From an uncultured Spirochaetota bacterium (GTDB taxonomy: Bacteria; Spirochaetota; Spirochaetia; SZUA-6; Fen-1364), in the NCBI GenBank assembly GCA_963745235.1, contig CAVUXE010000020.1, forward strand, positions 1-31,127: a stretch of 31,127 bases of DNA, in the 5' to 3' direction. The position numbers and the translations under genes are program-made. The notes under the pieces are model-generated. The model did no database searches and was not told the DNA's origin. It worked only from the letters and a program-made list of their open reading frames with translations. Shown piece by piece: positions 20,201 through 29,300 of the stretch. The first letter of the stretch is position 1. Every line of letters starts with the position of its first letter.

Positions 20201-20269
20201 GCGGCGAAACGGCCGCCGAACAAGGTACAGGCGCTTAAGGGGAAATTGCAAAATGAGACATTGGGCTGA
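17212..20269 (+). CDS. RND permease 2, divergent, about 1,018 aa after one +1 frameshift near 19950
   Basis: Probable GTG start at 17212 ('VGIASLYRRPVA'), overlapping permease 1. Motifs 'GVSAREIERTITRPLEDA', 'LAIGIGTMIDTGII', 'LTESFLWPLVIL' and 'GMAVNNSILIVD'. TM11-12 continue in the 19916..20269 frame ('SRLSALTATSGVT...MRSLAFVIIWG'). Confidence 0.88.
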
Positions 20270-20298
20270 TTGCGATCTACACAAGTAGGAGCTATGTT
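20270..20298 (+). promoter_or_regulatory. Candidate internal promoter for the giant gene
   Basis: TTGCGA (20270-20275), 17-bp spacer, TATGTT (20293-20298), in the only sizeable (72-bp) gap of the operon. A GGGGGA RBS precedes ATG 20342. Confidence 0.4.
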
Positions 20299-20341
20299 CT
20301 CGACGTATTCTTGAAAATGTCTCCTCGGCCACGGGGGAAAT

Positions 20342-23300
20342 ATGAAAGTGCATGCGGTCTTGGGAACTCTTCTATCCGTTGTCCTTGCGCTCGCCCTGAC
20401 CGCTTCCGCGGCCGCGCAGGAGTTGCCTGGCAGCGTCAAGGGATTCAAGAAAGAAACGCTGGAAGTCTACTTCAACCGGGCCGACCTCGAGCGGGAAAGT
20501 TCTGCCTGGGAGAGAGTTGCGAAGCTCGGCGCAGAGGCAGCGATTTCCCAGTGGGAGCGGGAAGCAACCGAGCTCTATTGCGACGCGCCACAAGCCGCTC
20601 AGGCCCGAGATCAGCTCATCGGTTGGGCAGGCCGTCAGATGGAAGACCGCTATGAGAAGTGGCTGACACGGCGGTTCTTCGAACGCGAGGGGGCCTTGGG
20701 GGCCGAAGCGGTCCTGCGCGCAATCTCAGCGGCGGACCTGCAGTACCTGTATAGAACAGATGAGTCTGGAAACGTTCTCCTTGACGAAGCCGGAGACCCC
20801 GTTCTGCGCGAAGCAGACGGGCTGCAGGCGGATCGGGAGGGCTGGAAGGCGAAAGTAGCTTCTGCCTCTGACGCTGTCCTTGCCGCGTGGGAACAGAAAG
20901 TTGACACGGCCTTTGCCCCTGAGCTTGGAGACCTCCTGGGTCCTGAGGCGCTCTCGAAATTCGGGGAATACAAGGCGAACGAAAAGGCAGGCTTGCGTCG
21001 TGAGATGGAGCATGTTGCGTTGCAGGGTGAGCTTTCACTCGCGGCAAGAAGACTGTACGACCAGTATTCCCTTCGCAAGAAGAGCGAAACGGCGACCGCT
21101 GATTCAATTGCGGACCAGATCGTCAAAGAGACTCAAACTCACACGGCCCAGGGAATTGCCCAGATCAAGGCCGGATTGAACTTGGCGCCTGACGCCGTGG
21201 ACATGGCCGCTCCCAACATCGAAGCTCAGAGGTGGCTTGAGAGCTTCAAAGCGGCTTTCGAGAAAGGACTCTCCCAGTGGGATACAGCGGAGGAAAAGTT
21301 CCTTGTCAGCCGAATGGAATGGGAACGGGATGCCGGCAAATCCTATTCCGAAGGGGAGAAGGCGTGGTCAACGGCGTTCGAAAAGCTCACAACCGCGCGC
21401 AAGGGTTGGGAGCAGGAGGTAGACCAGCTCCTGCAGACAGGCGCCGCGAAGTGGGGTCAAGCGCGTTCTGAGCTATCGAGTGCAATCAGTGGAGCTCGAA
21501 CGGAGTTTCAGAACGAGTGCACCGAGCGTTTGAGCGCAATGCAGGATCACGTAGGTGCACTCGTTGACATGTATGCGCAATCCGCTCAGGTCGTTTCAAC
21601 AGCCGTCTCTTCGGGCCAGGAGCTGATCAGGAAGCTGAATATACGGGATGGGAACGGAGAGTACGTGAAATGCTCCCCGGACGCGGATCCAGCAATAATT
21701 GCTTTCCGAAAGCAGCAGTGGAGCGGATACATTGCGGGATTGAACAATGAGATCGCGAGCCTGAATCAGCAAAAGGCCTCTATCCCGGCTTGGGTTGAAC
21801 AACACCTGGAGATGGCAACGTGGCTCCCGATGTTGCAGGGCTACGCGGACACCCTCCAACGACTGAATAGCGCGATAGGGACGAGAACAGCGCTCGTCAG
21901 CTTGATGAGCTCCGTCGACCCTGGCGCGTCAGTCCGGGAGGCGAATCCTACGCTGAATGAAGTGTTGAACGCCTACCTGGAATATGTGACCAACACCGCG
22001 GGAGATCCCAACAGGGCAGCATCGGTCCAGGCGGACTGGGAGCGTCTGGGCCGTCTTGGAGATTGGCTCACAATGATTGACACGTACAGCGCGCAGGCCG
22101 CCACCGCAAAGCAGCAGATGCAGGAGGCACTGGGGAGCGCTTTCGGCAGTGATGCCTCAGACTTGCGGGACGTGCTCAAAACAGACTCCGATGCGGGAAT
22201 CACGTATCTCGATGAGTATCAGCTCGAGCTTCTTCGGGCCAAAGCGGTTCAGGACTACTGGACGCAGAGGAAGGCGGTTGCAGACGCGGTTGTGGCCTAC
22301 GCTCAGGACATCTCAAGCGGCAGGGCCACCGAGGATGAGGGAGAAAAGAATCTCGCCTCGGCCCGCTCAGCATATGAGGCTCAGCTTGCTGATTACAACA
22401 GGGTCTTGAACGAACTGAGGTCGAAGGGGGGCAATCTTGATTCCGCCCGCCAGAAGCTTGAAGCGGCGCAAGACGCAGTGGGCGCAGCCTCGACAACATA
22501 CGAGGAGACGCGCCAGAAATACATGACCGCGCTTGCCTCCTCCCAGAGCGGGAACGTGGATTTCTACAAGAAGCAAATGGAGCAAAAGTACAGTGAGCTT
22601 CTGAGCGCAGGCGGCATGACCGCATCGGACACCGGGCTTGCAGATGCCGCAACGGAGTATTACGCAGCCGCGCGACGTTACGGCTATGACCTTGCAGTCA
22701 ACAGCGCGTGGGCCAAGGCATCGGAGCTGGTAAGAGGAAACCCTGAGTCCAGACTCCTTTCACTTGCGGACCTCAAAGCCGCGGCGGAAAAGCTGCGGGT
22801 GCCGGCTTCGACAGATGAAATTCCCGCGGATATTGAAGGTCTTGGCGTTTCCCTTGACTCCGCAAACTACGCAAAGGTTTCCGCTCTGTTTGGTGCATGG
22901 AAAGGTGCTGCAGGAGACGCCCGAACGCAGGCGGCATGGAAGCTCCTCCAGTACCTGGGAGTCATCGCGGCTGACGCCAACCAGGCATGCGTCCAGAGGC
23001 TCGCGCTGATACGGGCGTACGGGGCGGCAGATGCTGTTACGTGGTATGCCGAATCTGGCGGAAAAAGGACTGACGGGAAGCTGGAGGAGCGTTTGTCAGC
23101 CGACTCTGCAGCCGCGGCCCTGTCACTGATAGAGGCAAGGGCGCATGTTGAGATTCTGGGGTTGGAGGCGTGGCTCGATTTACAGAACGGACAGACTCCA
23201 TCTGACAAGGACGCGTTGATGCTCGCCCAGTCCGCGCAGGAAGGACTAAGCCAGGAAGAGGCACAGAGCCGTATTGAGATGCTCGCTGCTTTGATTTCAG

Positions 23301-26300
23301 ACCTCAACGGCGCTTCCGCGGATGTGTTCGGTGCAACCTCGAGGCTGAGAGCTCTGGCGAGAAGCGGCGGTTGGATTCAATCATTTGTCGGCGGCGCGGG
23401 AAGCTTCGTTGACTCTCAGGCTGGGGATCTGACTCTGACGATGTGCACAGACCAGTACCAGGAAGCCAACCGAGCCCAGGCGCTGGTCTCAGCATGGATG
23501 AATGCTTCTGTAAACAGCATCGCGCTCGTAGCAGAAAGGGAAGCATCAGCGCTTGATTCGATCAAGAAAGTCTTCTCGGATCATCAATTGAGCCTCAAAG
23601 ATGACGACGCACTTCCGTCCTCGGAAGACGTGGCTACCATGATCAGGCTTTCAGACCCGGATGAGGCCGCGACATTCGTTTCTGAGCTTACTCAGGCGCT
23701 GCAGGAAGCGGCCTCCACCGGGCCGCGCTGGTTGGCAGACCGGATCAGGGATTACTGTTCCGCCATTGCCCGGGTATGCCGCGGCGGAGGCTGGAAGCCA
23801 CGTATCAGCGCAAACGGCTTCAGTAGAAGCCGCGTCCGCCGAGGCAGCCGCTGCAGCAGATTCATCAGCCAGGTCAAACCTTCGAACGCTGGCGGAGGAG
23901 CTCCAAGGGGGATCCCGCCTTTCGGCGCTCATGGAGTTGTACACTCGAAACGACAAGCCGTCCGCTTCGGCTGCGTCCGCCCATGATCTCATCGTCGACT
24001 CAGGGGCAATTGAGGCTGCAAAGAGATCGCTTGCTGATCCTTCGATTTCCCTTCAGAGCATCGCCGCCGATCTCGCGCCCGGAATGACAACCATGCTTGC
24101 GAGTGAGATCGCTGCTGAAGCTCAGAAACTGCTTGATGCCCAAAAGGGTCAAGGACCAACAGGCGAGCGGGTCGCCGCTTTTCGAACCTGGAGCACCCTC
24201 AGTGTGTCTCAGGCAATCGCGGGACTCGTTGTGAGCTCCTTTGCCGCCGACGCGAAGAGACTTTGGGACGAAGTTGCTTCGAAGACCTGGTCCAGCCAAC
24301 AGCTATTGAGCGAAGCCCTCGCCGGCTACCTTGCCAGTTGTAGCGAAAGCAGTCCCGCATCGGATCAGATCAAGCAGCTCTGCTCGCAGTTGGAGTATGG
24401 TCTTGATGATCGGGATGCCCTTTTCCGCAGATTCTTGTTTGGAAGTGACTTCGATGCGCGTCTGTCATCGCTCGCAGCCATGGGAGCTGCGGGAACGGTC
24501 TACCAACGAGCAATCGCTCTGACAGTCGCCTCGCAATCCAGTGGCGCTGTATCAGGCCGGCAGCTCGCGAGTTTCCTGCTGGATCGGACGGGGATAACCG
24601 GCGTAGCAGACGCAGCTGATTTCGCGGGCACAGCGTCTCAACTGGAGCAAACCGCTTTCTCAGGAAGCGGAGACCTCGCAGTCGAGTACTTGTGCAAGAA
24701 CCTTGTTCTGCGAGGCGTTTCGATTCCTGAAGACCTCGAAAAACAACTTGCCAAGAGCTCAGCCGCTACTGAGAAAGTGAATCAGTTCAAGGAAATGCTG
24801 GGGAAGGTCCGGGGATATGTCGCTGCCTTGGACGGAAACGCCCAAGCCTACGCGCAGTCTCTGGGCGGGGACTTCATGTCTCGAGACGCACTCGCGGCCT
24901 CAATTTCCGCCGGACAATGGAATGATGATCTTTTTGCTGCAGGCTCGAACGCCGACTACCTGAGCTGGTACGATCAGATGAATGCTTCGAAGCTTGACGC
25001 TGCAGGGCAGATGATCCTGGAAGAGCTTGCGCTGGCGTCCGTGGATTTTAGCAGCAAGTCGGCTGTCCATTCAGCCGAAGCGTCCTATTGGCGTCAGGTG
25101 GAACGGCAACCCAGCCAGGCCACCTCTTGGCGCGTGTACCTGACCGGAAACGTCGGAACTTCGGTGACTGTGGAAAGCGCAACCAGCGCTCAGACACGGG
25201 ACGGGAACGGTTATGTCCAATGCGTTTCGGATTCCGCAGAGAATGTCACCCTTGATGCGTTCAACTCCCTCGCGCAACAGGAAAATGCTTTCGTGAGTCA
25301 GCTTGCGGCAACCAGGGATGATGGCGGTTCCGTGGCCCGATTTCGTTCATTCCTGGAGGCCTTCGCGGCCGGGAATGCCAAGGCGAGCGACCTGCCGGTG
25401 TCGAGCGAGCAGGAAGTGAACGCGGCGGAGGGCGCATATCGCTCTGAGCTTGCCAAGGTGCAGTCGCTGAAGGATGACATACGCCGCTTCGGAGAAGCCT
25501 TGAAGTTCCTGGACCTGGGTAGTGAAGAGCGCCAGGCAGAGTTGGATGAGCTGAGGAACAGCGCGGATAATCTTGCAATAAAGGTGGCAAACAAGCAGGT
25601 CTTGGTTGATACGGCGCTGGGGGACTTCGAGGGACAAGGAGCCCTCTATAACACTGCCTACGCTGAATTGCAGATATCTTCGGAAAGCCTGGAGAAAGCG
25701 CGCTTCATGCTTCGGGTCAGTGAGGAGATACAAGACTGGGCTTCAAACGGCTACCTGACCTCGCGGGGAGAAGCGGCCCAAAGCTACCAGAGCCCCGTGC
25801 AGATGCAGACAGATGTTTCCGAGAAGCTCACTCGTGCCGCAGCGGCGGTGGATGCGCTGAAAGAACTGTACGGCGAGTCACCTGTCACGGACAGACCGAT
25901 TGGTGACGCAGCCACTCTGGCCGCATATGACGCATGGAAAACGAGCTATGCCGAGCTGTTGCGGTTGAAGCGAGTCACCGGCGAATTGGATGAGGCAACC
26001 ACGGAACAGGGGAAAAAGGTCGAAGAACAGTTCGAGTCGCTCCAGAAAGCGAGGGATGCAATTCTTGACGGGTCCCGGGTGGATGCAAACCTCACATGGT
26101 CGGATGACGAAACAGAAAGAGCAGGCAACTGGACCAGCTATTTGACTTTCCAGAATGGTCGGCTATCGTTGGACATTTCCGTCGATTTCAAGTTGCACGC
26201 GCAGCAGACCAAGGATGAGTGGCAGACCGTCAAGGACTATTTCGACGTCCGAGAAGCTGACGGCGGGGATCCCGCGGAGGCCGCCGCAAAGAGTGACTTC

Positions 26301-29300
26301 GAGCGCCAGATGGAAGCATGGCAGACAACTGTGAACACCTATGCCGCGAAGTTCGGCGGCATGAGCGCACTGATTGACCGCTGGGGCTTTGCTGCAGATT
26401 ACCTCAAGCGGCGGCTGTATGACAGCAACGGGAGCGGGTCGCTGGGCTATCTCGAAAATTATCAAAGTGACGACAAATTCATGCGAGACAACAACTACCT
26501 GGACATCCACACCAGCGGTGAGGATCTCAGAGGCGCCGCCCGCGACTGTCTGAGAGCCGCAGTGACATTCGCCCAGTCTCAATACTCGGCAGTAATGGAG
26601 AACGCCGATGAAAGGGACGCATTCGAGTTCTATTTTGCAGTCCGCATAGCGAGCGCTGGCGGAAACGAAAATCAGTTTGACCAGTTCAATTCCCGAACAA
26701 GCGCTTCAGCCTTGCGAATGCTTACGCAGAGGTTGCAGGATACCATAGAGAGGCTTCGCGCCAACCGCCGTGCTCCATTCGGCTGGATTTCGGACGCTGT
26801 CGCGGATTGGACCGGGCAAGCAAGTGCCCTTGACAACAAGAAGGGGGACATTGAAACCCTCCTGAATGGCTTTTCTCCAAACATCCTTGGAAGCTCAATA
26901 TCAACGTTCACCCAGGCAAGGCGTGACTACGAGTCCGGTTGCGCACGGCTTGCCGAGCTGAGAGGGACTGACGGGGCTCATTTGACTTCCGTGGAGGACT
27001 TCCTGTCGCAGTATCGAAAATTAGCCGCCCAGAGCCAGGGCATTGCAACCGACCTGGCGAGGGTCTCCTCCGAGCTGGAGGCCCAATTCCGCTCGGCATG
27101 GAGTGTGCTCGCGGCGGAAGACAAGGTGTCCTTCAGCAAAGCGCTGCAAGAGATGACTGTTGTGGCAAGTGTGAATGCTGAAGACGCTCGTGGGAAGACC
27201 GTACTCGCAGCTCAGGCAGCGGAAGCGAAGGCAGCGGATGCGCAGCAAGCCTATCGATCCGCCTACGAGGCTTATGTCGCGGGGACCGGGACGAAAGCTG
27301 ACATGTTGGCAGCTGCAAAGAGTGCCTATAGGGATTCACTGTGGGTCGCAAAGGCTGACCAAGAGCTCCTGTCCGGCGTCCTTGGTGACGCTGCATTCTC
27401 TGCTGGCGTACTGCTCAACGACTCCGAGTCCAACACCAGGATGAACGCGCTTCAAAGCTATGCCCAGGCCGTACTTTCTGTTTATTCAGGAGCGCTCAAA
27501 TCGCGCGAGACGGAGTTGGAGCAAAAGTGGGGTCAATCCGTGCAGGACCTCGGCAGCCGCCAACAGACCTGGTACGCACAAGTTGGTCTTGTTCGGGCCA
27601 AGGCGGCCAGCGCCTGGGATGAAAGCCAGCAAAAGCTGCTCGAAGCGTTTGGACAGTGGCGGGAGGGCTTCCAGCAGGAATATGGCGACAAGAGTGATGC
27701 GTGGAACGTTGCCTACCTTGGCCTCGTGGAGAAGAAGGATGATTGGGTGCAAGCCACGCGGGAGAAGGCAGCCAAGGCAGGCAATGAGGCCATTCTCGGC
27801 GAGGTGGGTGCAAGCGCGGATGACAGTTCGCGAAGCGCGAGCACGCTTTTGATCGGGGACATAAGTTATGACCCGAAGGAGGCCACAACGAAGGTTCAGA
27901 CGCTCCTTGCGGAAGTAGGGAGCGGACAGTCACTTACGGCGCTGAAGCGGATGAGCTCGGGGATTGCGCCAGAGTCGGTGACGGTGGCCAGCGGGAAACT
28001 GGGAGCGGACACCAGTGGCGCGCGGATTGCCAGCGAGGTGAAGCGCTTTATCGCAACAAGCAGGAAGGAGCTCTCGGCGTTGGCGGCTCGGGGGTTGGCA
28101 GATGATGCCCGAACGAGCGTGGAGGAAGCGAAGAAGGCGCTTTCTGAGAGTGTGAAGGAAGCGAACAAAGGCTTTGAGAAGAGCATGGATGAGGTGTTTG
28201 TCACCGTTGGGTACGGGACGGGCGGAGGAGAGTACAAGCGGGAGGCAGTGAAACGGAGCACGCTCATCAGCGGTCTCATAATGGAGACGCAGCGGGTGGA
28301 GGCGTACCGGTGGTATGCGATGCCGAGGCTGGAGCTGAAAGTGGATTTGAGCCAGGGGAGGCTGAACGGTCTCGAGGCCGGGGCGGTGATGGATCTTGTC
28401 GGCATAGCGCAGGAGGAAGTCGGGGAGCAGCAGAATAGGATCTTCGGGGAAGGGAAGAAGCTCACGGACGCAGAGAAGAGGGCCAAGGGGCTTGTGTTCG
28501 AAATCACAGCAAACGGAGAGGCGAAGACCAAGGAGCTGGGGGAGGGGGAGTTTGGGCAGTGGGTGGGGTATTCGCCAGAGTTCGCCAAGGAACCTGACTT
28601 CGACAAGTCTCAGAACGACAACATAGTTGTGCAGGGCAAGGGGGAACTGGGGCGCCTGATGGGCGCTTTCATCTGGAATCAGACGAAGGAGGCGCGGGGT
28701 TGGTCGGAGGTGCAGAAGCCCACGTGGGACAAGGCGCTCTGGGACGACACCGGCAGCTGGTTCAAAGCCCCAAGCTTGAGAACCGTGGGATCGATAGCCG
28801 CAGGGGTGGTAGCGACCCTGGCAACGGGAGGGATCGGGGGGATTGCCGGAATCGTGGCCACTGCCGCGATAAGCACATCAAGCACGCTTCTGTTTGACAC
28901 GCTGGATGTGGTGAGCGGCTACAAGACATGGGAAGAGGCAGGGCTGGATATAGGGAAGAGCTTCCTGACGAGCGCGGCGACGAGTACGGTAGGGGGCGTG
29001 TTCAACGGGTTCAATCCGAAGGAGGTCGGGGGGATCGCAGGAGCCTTGGGAGATTTCGGCAAGGCGCCCATCGGGAAGGCGCTGCTGGCCGGGGCGCAAG
29101 GTTTTACGACGAACACTGCCACCAGTGCGCTCAGCGCGTTCTCTTGGAGCAACGGCAAGCTTGGGTGGGACAAGGACGCGTTCCTCACGGGGTCGTTTGG
29201 GACAGGAACGTGGGCGAGCGTTGCAGGGGCCTCAGGAAGCGCGTTCACCAGCGGGCTGATGAGCATGGCGAACATGGTGGATGGGAATGGCACCATCCTC

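Noticed and set aside
8504-20269. Ordinary multidrug or heavy-metal efflux operon (acrAB-tolC, mdtABC, cusCBA)
   Set aside because: No regulator or evident metal-binding motif. The embedded Ig and TPR lipoproteins, long MFP and linked giant gene do not fit, so no gene symbols were assigned. Small-molecule efflux is not formally excluded.
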